A stretch of DNA of 64,000 nucleotides. Source: an uncultured Candidatus Saccharibacteria bacterium (lineage in GTDB: Bacteria > Patescibacteriota > Minisyncoccia > Portnoybacterales > UBA2143). The position numbers and the translations under genes were made by a program. The stretch lies in NCBI GenBank assembly GCA_964596615.1, contig CAZQUN010000003.1:2550-66549 (forward strand). Direction: 5' to 3'. The notes under the pieces are model-generated. The model was not told where the DNA came from, searched no databases, and saw only the letters and a list, made by a program, of their open reading frames with translations. This document shows, one piece after another, positions 29,845 to 39,683 of this stretch. The number at the start of each line of letters is the position of its first letter. Position 1 is the stretch's first letter.

Positions 29845-30678
29845 ATGCCAATAAAAGTAAATAACAAAATTATTGCCATATATGGACCAACGATTTCCAA
29901 GAAAACTGGTCTGGCCGTTGATATTGCTAAATATGTTTGGGGAAAATATAATATTGAACCCGAGCTTATTTCAGCTGATTCAAGAAAAATCTACAAAGAT
30001 TTAACTATCGGACAAGTTCCTATTTGGGCACCTTATGATGGAAAAATTAAAGTCCATATGTTCAAATTTATTGATTCTTTGGAGGAATCTTTTAGTCTTT
30101 ACGGTTACAAGACTAAAACAGAAGAAATAATTGACCAGATTCATAGAAAGAATCATTTACCGATACTTTTCGGCGGAAGCGCTGTATATATTTCATCTAT
30201 ACTTGAAAATTGGAATGTGCCTGAAGATTACAATTCCGGCACGAATCACAAAAATAAGTTTGGCAAATCAAAACCCAAATATGAATATATTATCCTGATA
30301 CCAAAAACTAGAAAAACAATTCTTTTTAAAAAGATCAAAGAACATGTTGAAGAAAATTTTAGAGCTGGAATTTTAGAAGAATTAAAAAGATTAGTTAAAA
30401 AATATCAAATTAATCCGCTATCTCCTCCGACAGATAATATGTTATATAAATCCCTAGAATACAGAGAGTTTTTAGAATATTGTTTCAGAAATAAGAAAAA
30501 ACTAGAAGAATTAGACAAGAAAGATTTGAGGATAATAAAAATAAGTTCGGTCAGTAATCTAAAGAATTTTGCCAGAAGACAACTAAGATGGATTCCTAAG
30601 ATGGAGGGTAAAAAATACTTAGTTGAAAATTACCAAGAAGGAAGAGAAATTGTTGATGAATTCTTAAATCGAGATTAA
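29845..30678 (+). CDS. Isopentenyltransferase (IPT/MiaA) family paralog with degenerate P-loop
   Basis: IIAIYGPTISKKTGLAVDIA (Walker A second Gly replaced by Lys), ISADSRKIYKDLTIGQ, LFGGSAVYISSILENWNVP, RRQLRWIPK. Collinear with MiaA motifs but strongly diverged; 277 aa. Confidence 0.65.
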   Translation: MPIKVNNKIIAIYGPTISKKTGLAVDIAKYVWGKYNIEPELISADSRKIYKDLTIGQVPIWAPYDGKIKVHMFKFIDSLEESFSLYGYKTKTEEIIDQIHRKNHLPILFGGSAVYISSILENWNVPEDYNSGTNHKNKFGKSKPKYEYIILIPKTRKTILFKKIKEHVEENFRAGILEELKRLVKKYQINPLSPPTDNMLYKSLEYREFLEYCFRNKKKLEELDKKDLRIIKISSVSNLKNFARRQLRWIPKMEGKKYLVENYQEGREIVDEFLNRD

Positions 30679-30825
30679 ATTCAACGGACAAACGATGAAC
30701 CTCCCTAACCAATCCCCTAAAAGTTTTCTTATTATCCCCGCCTGCAACGCTATGTCAGCCCGCATGATTCGTGTCAGTGTGTCTGGCGGGCGTAGCATTG
30801 CGGGCAGGCCGAACAACCCCGCCAA

Positions 30826-30862
30826 TAAAAAGGCCCCTGGTGATATTACCCAGGGGCTTTTC
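30826..30862. terminator. Bidirectional rho-independent terminator
   Basis: A5-GCCCCTGG tgatattac CCAGGGGC-TTTT. Confidence 0.6.
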
Positions 30863-30878
30863 GGTTTTATAGTTCTCG

Positions 30879-31202
30879 TTATTGGAAAAGAAAATGTCCA
30901 GTAACAAGAGGGTCTCCTTGACTAGAAGAAGGCCAAGCGTTAATCCACTTTTTTCCTGTATGACCATGTTCGGTCAAAACGCTGCTAAATCTGTCGTAAG
31001 CCTTGTCCAAACCATTAATGATAGCTGTTTGGTTCAATCTATCACCGGTTAATTGTTTCAATACGTTGATGATAGCGCCGATGAATTCCGCTTGAGCGAG
31101 CGAAACATCTGGTGGAGGCATTTGTCCCAATGGATTCCCTAGGTCAAGACTTAACTCCCCGTTTCTCTCAATCTGAAAATTAATTTTGTAATACCCTTTC
31201 AT
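30879..31202 (-). CDS. Hypothetical protein (107 aa)
   Basis: SD AAGGAG; translationally coupled to the upstream tiny zinc-ribbon ORF. Confidence 0.5.
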   Translation of the reverse strand: MKGYYKINFQIERNGELSLDLGNPLGQMPPPDVSLAQAEFIGAIINVLKQLTGDRLNQTAIINGLDKAYDRFSSVLTEHGHTGKKWINAWPSSSQGDPLVTGHFLFQ

Positions 31203-31215
31203 GCTTCTTCTCCTT

Positions 31216-31386
31216 TCAAGTAATTTTGACTATCCCGTTGCCTTTAATAGTGACTTTATTTACATAACCACAATAAGGACATTTTATTCTTCGCCCCGGC
31301 TTCATTCTTCCACTGGACTGATACATTTTTTTTCCACAACCATTTTCTTCGCTGCACCTGGGCGTCTTGGCTATTTTCTTTCCCAT
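31216..31386 (-). CDS. Small zinc-ribbon protein (56 aa; CxxxxxC ... CxxC), not in the supplied ORF track (<60 aa)
   Basis: Minus-strand ORF MGKKIAKTPRCSEENGCGKKMYQSSGRMKPGRRIKCPYCGYVNKVTIKGNGIVKIT. Its TGA stop lies inside the SD of the downstream 107-aa gene. Confidence 0.4.
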   Translation of the reverse strand: MGKKIAKTPRCSEENGCGKKMYQSSGRMKPGRRIKCPYCGYVNKVTIKGNGIVKIT

Positions 31387-31418
31387 TTCTTTTCCTTTCT
31401 ATTCATTTTTTAAGAAAC

Positions 31419-31442
31419 TAAAAAAACTGGCCTGAGAGCCAG
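31419..31442 (-). terminator. Rho-independent terminator downstream of the gatCA-membrane protein operon
   Basis: Minus strand CTGGC tctcag GCCAG followed by T8. Confidence 0.55.
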
Positions 31443-31613
31443 TCCTTTGAAATAACTATCTAAACCTTAATCAAAAAGACCGACTCTCACAACCAGTAAA
31501 AAAGAACCAAAAATAGTTTTGGCTGAAATTATTAATCCGGCTGAAAGAATTGGTTTTTATCATGATAACTAATTTTAACTAATTAAGAAAGTTTGTCAAA
31601 TGAGATATCCACA

Positions 31614-32114
31614 TTAAAGGGCTTCCATGTCTTGAAGGGCTCTTTGATAAATTTCAATTGCTCTTCTGGCCTGGCCCTTACTTACCTGATATCCTGGGTC
31701 GTGAACAATATTGTTCCTCATCTTATGCGCTTGCCAAACTTCGTCAATACTTGCTAATTGAGTTTTAGTAATCTGCTTTAACCTCTCGCCCATATCTTCT
31801 CCCTGATAACCAATCCTTTTCAGAACGTCGTCTAAGATTTTATCCGCTTCAATAACAGCCAGTTTCCAGGAACTTTCATCTTCTAAATCCATCTTATCCA
31901 GGACTGATTGCCAGTTTTCATCAAAAACCTCTTTGACCAATCCAGGCGCTGAAACACTTTCTTCAACTCTTTCAATTGACTGACCAATTCCTTTTCTCAA
32001 TTTGTAAATTAGAAAGGCGCTGGCAATAACAAGTAGGATTGAAATGACGATTGAAATAATTTTCAAAATTGAAACAATATCACTTCCTGCTTCTGAAGCT
32101 GCCGGAGCCGCCAT
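31614..32114 (-). CDS. Membrane-anchored hypothetical protein
   Basis: One TM helix (ILKIISIVISILLVIASAFLIY) then a soluble domain. Start is uncertain (several in-frame Met); probably after the gatA stop. Confidence 0.45.
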   Translation of the reverse strand: MAAPAASEAGSDIVSILKIISIVISILLVIASAFLIYKLRKGIGQSIERVEESVSAPGLVKEVFDENWQSVLDKMDLEDESSWKLAVIEADKILDDVLKRIGYQGEDMGERLKQITKTQLASIDEVWQAHKMRNNIVHDPGYQVSKGQARRAIEIYQRALQDMEAL

Positions 32115-32142
32115 AGCAATATTATCATAGAGTTCAAATAGT

Positions 32143-33552
32143 TCAGTTCTCATAAAGTTTAGCGACTTGAATAATTTTATCTTCTTCAAATTGATTGCCT
32201 AGAATCTGAAGACCAACCGGCAAATTACCCGCTTTACCGACCGGAAGAGAAATACCGCAAATACCAGCCAGATTAGCCGGAGCAGTAAAAACATCGGCCA
32301 AATACATTGCCACCGGATTATCCATTTTCTCCCCTATTCTAAAAGCTGTTGTCGGAGAAACCGGAGTCATTAAAACATCAACTTTTTCAAAAACTTTATC
32401 AAAATCCTGTTTAATCAAAGTTCTGACTTTCTGGGCTTTGAGATAATAGGCATCGTAATATCCGGCTGATAGGGCATATGTTCCAATCATAATTCTTCGG
32501 GTGACTTCATCGCCAAATCCTTTTTGTCTCGTTTTTAAATATCCTTCTAAAAGGTCTTTTGGTTGTTCTGAAAGACCGTATTTAACCCCATCGTATCGGG
32601 CCAGATTAGCTGAAGCCTCGGCCGGGACAATGATATAGTAACAAGGAATAGCGTATTGAGTATGAGGCAAACTAACTTCAATAATTCTTGCTCCCATTTT
32701 TTCGTATTGGGAAATTGCCCCTCTGACTATTCTCTCAACTTCCTTATCAATTCCTTCAATAAAATATTCCTTCGGCACCCCTATTCTTAAATCCTTAATT
32801 TCTACTTTCTGATTTTCCTTTCCTGGCTCTAAACTGGTTGAATCGAATTCATCTTTCCCTTTAATAGCGCTAAAAAGAATTTCTGTATCTTCAGCATTTT
32901 TAGCTATTGGACCAATCTGGTCTAAGGATGAAGCATGAGCAATTAATCCGTATCGGGAAACTGCCCCATAAGTTGGTTTTAATCCGACCACTCCGCAAAA
33001 GGAAGCTGGCTGCCGGATTGAACCGCCGGTATCGGTGCCCAAGGCAATAATAGATTGGTCATCTGCAACAGCCGCAGCTGAGCCACTTGAACTTCCTCCG
33101 GTTACTCTTTCCAAATCATGAGGATTTTTAGTCGGCCCAAAAGCTGAATTCTCACCTGAAGCCCCCATAGTGAATTCGTCCTGATTGGTTTTGCCAATAA
33201 TAACAGCACCGGCTTTTTTTAATTTTTTAATAACTGTCGCATCATAAGGAGCGATATAGTTTTCCAGGATTTTTGAACCGGTTGTACATCTGATTCCCTC
33301 AACCAAAATAGCATCTTTAACTGCAATTGGAATACCGGCCAATAAGTCAATTTCTTCACTATTAGCAATCTTCTTATCTGTTTTCCTGGCTTGTTTCAAA
33401 GCCATTTCTTCAGTAATGGTAATAAAGGAATTGATTTCCGGATTTCTTTCCTTGATTCTATTCAAAACCGCTTCAGTTAATTCAACCGAAGAAAATTCTT
33501 TCTTTTTTAATCCCTGATGGGATTTTTTAATCGTCAATTTATTCAACATCAC
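32143..33552 (-). CDS. gatA: Glutamyl-tRNA(Gln) amidotransferase subunit A
   Basis: Amidase signature GGSSSGSAAAVA and Ser-cisSer-Lys triad region. Confidence 0.9.
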   Translation of the reverse strand: MMLNKLTIKKSHQGLKKKEFSSVELTEAVLNRIKERNPEINSFITITEEMALKQARKTDKKIANSEEIDLLAGIPIAVKDAILVEGIRCTTGSKILENYIAPYDATVIKKLKKAGAVIIGKTNQDEFTMGASGENSAFGPTKNPHDLERVTGGSSSGSAAAVADDQSIIALGTDTGGSIRQPASFCGVVGLKPTYGAVSRYGLIAHASSLDQIGPIAKNAEDTEILFSAIKGKDEFDSTSLEPGKENQKVEIKDLRIGVPKEYFIEGIDKEVERIVRGAISQYEKMGARIIEVSLPHTQYAIPCYYIIVPAEASANLARYDGVKYGLSEQPKDLLEGYLKTRQKGFGDEVTRRIMIGTYALSAGYYDAYYLKAQKVRTLIKQDFDKVFEKVDVLMTPVSPTTAFRIGEKMDNPVAMYLADVFTAPANLAGICGISLPVGKAGNLPVGLQILGNQFEEDKIIQVAKLYEN

Positions 33553-33842
33553 AAAACTGCTTTAACTTTAACATGCCTGTCTTCTGTTTCCGGAGCTAAA
33601 TCTATTAATTTCCCGGTTTCTTTTTCTGTTTTTCTCCTGCTTTTGTCTTTTCTGAAAACATTTTCCAAGCCGGTTACCTGAGCAGTTGGTTCAACTTTAT
33701 CAGTTTTAACTTCGTTTAATTTTTCAACAAAATCTAAAATATCTGAAAGTTCTTTCTCAAATTTCTTTTTTTCATCGCTGCTTAGCCCTAATCGAGCTAA
33801 TTTGGCAACATGTTCAACTTCTTTTTTAGTTAATTTAGCCAT
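33549..33842 (-). CDS. gatC: Glutamyl-tRNA(Gln) amidotransferase subunit C
   Basis: 97 aa; VEHVAKLARLGLSSDEKKKFEKELSDILDFVEKL; 4-nt overlap with gatA. Confidence 0.85.
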   Translation of the reverse strand: MAKLTKKEVEHVAKLARLGLSSDEKKKFEKELSDILDFVEKLNEVKTDKVEPTAQVTGLENVFRKDKSRRKTEKETGKLIDLAPETEDRHVKVKAVL

Positions 33843-35823
33843 TAATTAATTTCAAAAATTCCTTTTCATTAACTATCTTTACGCCTAATTTCTTAGCTTT
33901 ATCATGCTTTGAACCCGGTTCTGTGCCGACAACAACAAAATCTGTTTCTTTGGAAACCGATGAAGAAATATCGCCACCTAATGCTCTGATTCTATTCTTG
34001 GCTTCATCACGGGTAAATCGGTCTAAATGCCCGGTTAAAACAAATACTTGGCCGGATAATTTCTTTTTAATTCTCTTTTGTTTTTCAATCTTAACTCCGT
34101 TTTTGATTAAATCATCAACTAGTTTTTGATTGCTTTTATCATTAAACCACTTAAAAGCACTTTGGGCAACTATTTGGCCAATGTCTTTGACCCGGGCAAA
34201 TTGTTCTAATTTGGCTTTTTCTAGTTTGTCTAGATTACTGAAATATTTGGCCAGATTAATAGCGGTCTCTTCGCCAACATGGCGAATACCAAGAGCGTAA
34301 ATAAATCTGGCTAAAGTAATTTCCTGGCTTTGTTTAATGGCATTAATCAAATTACCGGCTGACTTTTTATCAAATCTTTCCAAGGGAATTAAATCTTCTT
34401 TGGTTAGAGTAAAAATATCAGAAACATTGTTAATCAATCCTTGATTTGTCAATTGATTAACAATTTTAGGACCAAGCCCCTCAATATTAAAGGCGTTTTT
34501 GGAAACAAAATGAGCTATTTGTCTTTTCTGAATAATTGAACATCTTTTGTTAAAACAGCGATGAACGGCTTCGCCTTTCGGCCGGATAATCTTTCCTCCG
34601 CAAATGGGACATTTTTTGGGCATCTGGAATTTCTTTTCTTTGCCAGTCCGCATTTCTTTAACAACTTTAACAACATCGGGAATAACATCGCCGGCTCTTT
34701 GAACAATGACGGTATCGCCAATTCTGACATCAAGCCGTTTAATTTCATCCTCATTATGAAGAGTTGCCCGGCTAATCAAAGCCCCGGCTATTTCAACTGG
34801 TTTTAATTTAGCCACCGGAGTCAAAGCGCCAGTCCGGCCAACCTGGACAATGATATCTTTGATAATTGTTGTCGCTTCCTCAGCTGAAAACTTAAAAGCA
34901 ATTGCTCCCCGGGGGGCTTTGCCAACCACCCCCAGCTTATTAAAAGCCGAATTATCATCAACCTGAACAACCAAACCATCAATCTGGTATTCCAGTTTTT
35001 CCCTTTTCTTCTCAATTTTCTTCCAAAAGTCAATTACCTTTTTTAAATTTGGACAATATTTTCCCTGGTCTGTTTTAAATCCAAGCGCCCGAACAATTTC
35101 ATGTTCTTGAACATGGTTTTTCTGACCCAAATCAGTCACAAGACTATATGCCAAGAAATTCAATTGGCGGGAAGCAGCAACTTTAGGATTAAGCTGCCTA
35201 ATGCTTCCGGCAGCTGTGTTTCTTGGATTGGCGTATAAAGATAATCTTTTCTTTTTTCTTTCCTGATTGATTTTTTCGAAAGTAGAATTGGTCATGTAGA
35301 CCTCGCCCCGAATTTCAATTTCTCCTTTTTTGACTTCCTTATTCAATTTCAAAGGAATTGATTCAATTGTTTTCAGGTTTTGAGTAACATCTTCGCCTGT
35401 TCTTCCATCTCCCCGGGTGGCCCCCTTAAAAAAAACGCCGTCCCTATAAACCAGACTAACAGCAAAACCATCTATTTTTAACTCAGCGAAATAGTCCAGT
35501 TTTTCTCTTGGAATTAATTTCTGAATTCGTTCTTGCCAATCTTCCATTTCTTCTCCAGAAAAAGCATCTTGAAGAGAAAGCATTGGTTTTTTGTGTCTGA
35601 TTTTTTCAAATTTATCCAAAGCTTTACCGCCAATTCTTTGGCTTGGAGAATCAGGAGTAATTAATTCTGGATATTGATTTTCTAAATCCTGAAGTTCTTT
35701 TTTTAGAGAATCCAAAGCCGCGTCAGAAATCTCCGGCTTATCTAAAACATGGTAAAGATAGCGATGATGGTTAATAACTTTCTTTAATTTAACGATTCTT
35801 TTTCTGGCTTCTGCTTTATCCAT
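33835..35823 (-). CDS. ligA: NAD-dependent DNA ligase
   Basis: KxDG adenylation motif (ELKIDGFAVSL), Zn finger (CPICGG), HhH and BRCT regions; 662 aa. Confidence 0.9.
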   Translation of the reverse strand: MDKAEARKRIVKLKKVINHHRYLYHVLDKPEISDAALDSLKKELQDLENQYPELITPDSPSQRIGGKALDKFEKIRHKKPMLSLQDAFSGEEMEDWQERIQKLIPREKLDYFAELKIDGFAVSLVYRDGVFFKGATRGDGRTGEDVTQNLKTIESIPLKLNKEVKKGEIEIRGEVYMTNSTFEKINQERKKKRLSLYANPRNTAAGSIRQLNPKVAASRQLNFLAYSLVTDLGQKNHVQEHEIVRALGFKTDQGKYCPNLKKVIDFWKKIEKKREKLEYQIDGLVVQVDDNSAFNKLGVVGKAPRGAIAFKFSAEEATTIIKDIIVQVGRTGALTPVAKLKPVEIAGALISRATLHNEDEIKRLDVRIGDTVIVQRAGDVIPDVVKVVKEMRTGKEKKFQMPKKCPICGGKIIRPKGEAVHRCFNKRCSIIQKRQIAHFVSKNAFNIEGLGPKIVNQLTNQGLINNVSDIFTLTKEDLIPLERFDKKSAGNLINAIKQSQEITLARFIYALGIRHVGEETAINLAKYFSNLDKLEKAKLEQFARVKDIGQIVAQSAFKWFNDKSNQKLVDDLIKNGVKIEKQKRIKKKLSGQVFVLTGHLDRFTRDEAKNRIRALGGDISSSVSKETDFVVVGTEPGSKHDKAKKLGVKIVNEKEFLKLING

Positions 35824-35938
35824 ATATATTGATTATATCGCTAAAATATGGTCTTTTCAAGAACTACAATAACTTAAAGAGCCCCACGCAATAAAAAGTT
35901 GTAGGGCTCCGATATTTGAAATCTTAGAAAAAAGAACT

Positions 35939-36385
35939 TTACATTTTTTCCGTTTGGTCTAACACCATAGAATCAAGCTTTTCCTGCATCTGCTTTTGAT
36001 AACTCTGCCTGAACCTTATTTGTGTTTCAACTGCGTTCCGTACTGCGCTAATTAAAGAACGGGTTATTCTTTTGGTATCAAAACTAGTTTCGGCGTAATC
36101 TCCAGACGACCATATATTATTGGTGTTAGCCTCGAACTTTTTACTCCAATTACCCGGTTCGACCAAAATTGCTTTGAGACTAGTATTCAATTCGGGTCTT
36201 CTCTGGTCAATATAGGAAAAACTTATCTTAATCACTTCTAACATTTCTTTTATCTGACCAAGCTGCTCGACGGCCGAGAGACAACCTAGAAGAACCTGTC
36301 TCACTTGGTTCATGGTCGGCTCGCCACTCTTGGCTAAAACTCCAGTTTCCGAAAACAAATCAATACTTATCTTTGGCTTATTCAT
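35939..36385 (-). CDS. Hypothetical protein (148 aa)
   Basis: G-rich SD (AGGGGGAAG) upstream; no recognisable motif. Confidence 0.45.
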   Translation of the reverse strand: MNKPKISIDLFSETGVLAKSGEPTMNQVRQVLLGCLSAVEQLGQIKEMLEVIKISFSYIDQRRPELNTSLKAILVEPGNWSKKFEANTNNIWSSGDYAETSFDTKRITRSLISAVRNAVETQIRFRQSYQKQMQEKLDSMVLDQTEKM

Positions 36386-36511
36386 AGCTTCCCCCTTGGG
36401 ACTCAGTCCCTTTTATTTCTATGCCTCATACGACACAGATATAACATCTATATCACACTCACAGCATTTGTCAAGGTTGTCGGTATCTTCTAAGGTGATA
36501 TACTTGGATAT

Positions 36512-39500
36512 ATGAAGTTTACTCATTTGCATGTCCATTCCCACTATTCTCTCCTAGACGGTCTGGCGAAAATAGACCAGATTTTGGATACCTGTCAGGA
36601 ATTAAAAATGCCGTCAATTGCTTTAACCGACCATGGTTCTATGTATGGCCTGGTTGAGTTTTATCAGAAAGCCAAGAAAAGAGGGATTCGGCCAATTTTA
36701 GGCAACGAAGTCTATACTGCCCCCAATGGCATGCTTCAGAAACGGCCTAATATTGATAACAAGAGACATCATTTGGTTCTTCTGGTCAAAAACGAAGAAG
36801 GCTATCGTAATTTAGTCAAAATGACTTCTAAATCATATTTAGAAGGATTCTATTACAAACCCCGAATTGATAAAGATTTGCTTAGAAAACATTCTCAGGG
36901 ATTAATTTGTCTTTCAGCTTGTTTAGCCGGAGAAATTCCTCAAAAAATTATGGCTGGAAAAATGGAGGAAGCCGAAAAAACAGCATTGGAATACAAAGAA
37001 ATATTCGGCCCTGACTTCTATTTAGAAATCCAGCATCATCCCGGATTACCCGAACAAAAAGATGTTAATGAGGTAATGGTTAAAATCGCCAAAAAGCTTG
37101 ATATTCCCCTGGTGGCGACCAATGACGCCCACTATGTCAAATCCGAAGATGTTACTGCCCAGGATGTTTTAATGAGCATCCAGACCGATAAGAAACTTGA
37201 TGATGCTGACCGATTAACCATGAGAGGAGATGATTTTTCCCTCCGACCAACAGAACAGATGATTAAAGATTTCAAAGATCTTCCTGAAGCAATTGCCAAT
37301 ACACAGAAAATATCTGATCAATGTAACTTTAATTTTGAAATAGGGAAAATCCATCTGCCTCAGTTTGATGTTCCTGGCAACAAGGCTCCTGATGAATATT
37401 TGAAGGAACTTTGCCAGAAAGGCCTAAAACAACGCCGATTTGAAAGTTCAACCAAAGAAGTTTCAGAACGAATTGATTATGAACTGAAAGCCATTAAACA
37501 AACCGGCTTCGCCTCATATTTCCTAATCGTAGCTGACTTTGTTAACTGGGCCAAGGAAAATGGAATAGTCGTCGGACCGGGAAGAGGGAGCGCGGCCGGT
37601 TCAATTGTTTCCTATCTTTTAAATATCACCGATATTGATCCGTTGAAGTATGATTTGCTTTTTGAGCGTTTCATTAACACGGAGCGTATTTCAATGCCTG
37701 ATATTGACCTGGATTTTGCTGATGACCGACGGGACGAAGTTATCCAATACGTTACTGAGAAATATGGGCAGGACCGGGTTGCCCAGATCATTACCTTTGG
37801 AACCATGGCCGCCAGAGCAGCCATCCGCGATGTTGGCCGGGCCATGGACTATTCATACAATTTCTGCGACCAAATTGCCAAAATGATACCTTTTGGCTCA
37901 ACCTTGGAAAAAGCTATTCACGAATCACAAGAACTTCATAATACCTATCAATCAGATGAAAGCGCCAAGCAACTGATTGACATGGCCATGAAACTGGAAG
38001 GGGTTGCTCGCCACGCTTCAACCCATGCTGCCGGAGTTGTCATTACCAAAGAACCGCTTGATAATCTTGTCCCCCGCCAGCATCCAACCCAGGATGATGA
38101 AGCAACCGTTATTCAGTATGATATGTATTCTGTTGAAGATTTAGGTCTTTTGAAAATGGACTTTCTCGGTTTGCGAAACCTGACCGTTATCCAAAACACC
38201 CTTAATCAAATCAAAGAATCAACTAATCAGGAAGTTGATTTAACCAATCTTCCTTCAAACGATAAGAAAACCTTTCAACTCTTCAGAGAAGCAAAAACAA
38301 CCAGCGTTTTCCAATTGGAATCAGGAGGAATGAAAAGATATTTGAAACAGTTAAAGCCAAATCATTTTGAAGATATCGTTGCTATGGTTGCTCTTTACCG
38401 TCCCGGACCAATAGAATTTATTCCTGAATTCATTGCCCGAAAACATGGGTTAAAAGAAGTTAAATACCTTCATCCAAAACTGGAACCAATTCTTAAAAAT
38501 ACTTATGGAATCTGTGTTTACCAGGAACAATTAATGCACATGGCCAGAGATTTAGCCGGTTTTACTCCTTCTGAAGCTGATGTTTTAAGAAAAGCTGTCG
38601 GTAAAAAAATCAAGAAGCTTCTTGATGAACAGAAAGAGAAAATGATTGATGGGATGATTAACAATGGCGTTGAAAAAAGAATTGCCAAAAAGATTTGGCA
38701 AACAGTCGAACCCTTTGCTCAATACGGCTTTAACCGAGCCCATAGCGTCTGCTACGCAACCATTGGCTATTGGACCGCCTATCTTAAAGCCCATTTCCCA
38801 ACCGAGTTTATGGCAGCAACATTAACCTCCGAACAAAACGATATTGAAAGGATTGCCTTTTTGGTTGATGAATGCAGACAAATGAAAGTTAAAGTTCTCC
38901 CCCCTAATATTAATCAAAGTTATGAGAATTTCTCCAGAGCGAGTAATCGGGTCATTCATTTCGGATTGAATGCTGTAAAAAATGTCGGTCATAATATTGT
39001 TTCAGCCATTGTTTCAGAAAGAGAAAAAAACGGCCCTTATCAATCAATTGCCGACTTCATTGAAAGAGTCGAATCAAAAGATCTGAACAAAAAATCACTT
39101 GAAAGTCTGGCCAAATGCGGGGCTCTGGATAATTTTGGCGAAAGAAATCAACTTTTAGCCGGAATGGATCAAATGCTGGCTTTAGCCAGAGAAACCCAGC
39201 GAGCCAAACAAAACGGTCAAGTCAGCTTGTTTAGCGGGCAAGAAAGCGCTACTCCTTCTCTTGTTCTGCCCCAGGTTACCCCGGCTTCAAAAAGAGACTA
39301 TCTTTCCTGGGAAAGAGAACTTCTCGGACTCTACATTTCAGAACATCCTTTAGAAAGATACAAAGATAAATTAGATAAATTTACGACCTCCTGCCAAAAC
39401 CTTTCTAAAGTCCGCCACCGACGAAGAATTAAAGTTGGCGGAGTGGTTAGCAAGATAAAGAAGATAAATACCAGAAGCGGCCAACCAATGCTTTTTGTTG

Positions 39501-39667
39501 AGATTGAAGATATGACTGGCCGGATTGAAACTATTGTTTTTCCATCTATTCTCGAGCAGACCGCCCCGGCCTGGCAGGAAGAAAAAATTGTCCTTATCTC
39601 AGGAAGAATCAGCGACCGGGATAATGACTTGAAAATCCTTTGTGACAATGTTAAGGTATTGGAGTAA
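36512..39667 (+). CDS. dnaE: DNA polymerase III alpha subunit (short DnaE)
   Basis: PHP domain HLHVHSHYSLLDG, polymerase core (GPGRGSAAGS), OB-fold C-terminus; 1051 aa. Confidence 0.9.
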   Translation: MKFTHLHVHSHYSLLDGLAKIDQILDTCQELKMPSIALTDHGSMYGLVEFYQKAKKRGIRPILGNEVYTAPNGMLQKRPNIDNKRHHLVLLVKNEEGYRNLVKMTSKSYLEGFYYKPRIDKDLLRKHSQGLICLSACLAGEIPQKIMAGKMEEAEKTALEYKEIFGPDFYLEIQHHPGLPEQKDVNEVMVKIAKKLDIPLVATNDAHYVKSEDVTAQDVLMSIQTDKKLDDADRLTMRGDDFSLRPTEQMIKDFKDLPEAIANTQKISDQCNFNFEIGKIHLPQFDVPGNKAPDEYLKELCQKGLKQRRFESSTKEVSERIDYELKAIKQTGFASYFLIVADFVNWAKENGIVVGPGRGSAAGSIVSYLLNITDIDPLKYDLLFERFINTERISMPDIDLDFADDRRDEVIQYVTEKYGQDRVAQIITFGTMAARAAIRDVGRAMDYSYNFCDQIAKMIPFGSTLEKAIHESQELHNTYQSDESAKQLIDMAMKLEGVARHASTHAAGVVITKEPLDNLVPRQHPTQDDEATVIQYDMYSVEDLGLLKMDFLGLRNLTVIQNTLNQIKESTNQEVDLTNLPSNDKKTFQLFREAKTTSVFQLESGGMKRYLKQLKPNHFEDIVAMVALYRPGPIEFIPEFIARKHGLKEVKYLHPKLEPILKNTYGICVYQEQLMHMARDLAGFTPSEADVLRKAVGKKIKKLLDEQKEKMIDGMINNGVEKRIAKKIWQTVEPFAQYGFNRAHSVCYATIGYWTAYLKAHFPTEFMAATLTSEQNDIERIAFLVDECRQMKVKVLPPNINQSYENFSRASNRVIHFGLNAVKNVGHNIVSAIVSEREKNGPYQSIADFIERVESKDLNKKSLESLAKCGALDNFGERNQLLAGMDQMLALARETQRAKQNGQVSLFSGQESATPSLVLPQVTPASKRDYLSWERELLGLYISEHPLERYKDKLDKFTTSCQNLSKVRHRRRIKVGGVVSKIKKINTRSGQPMLFVEIEDMTGRIETIVFPSILEQTAPAWQEEKIVLISGRISDRDNDLKILCDNVKVLE

Positions 39668-39683
39668 ATTAATTTGATTAAAT

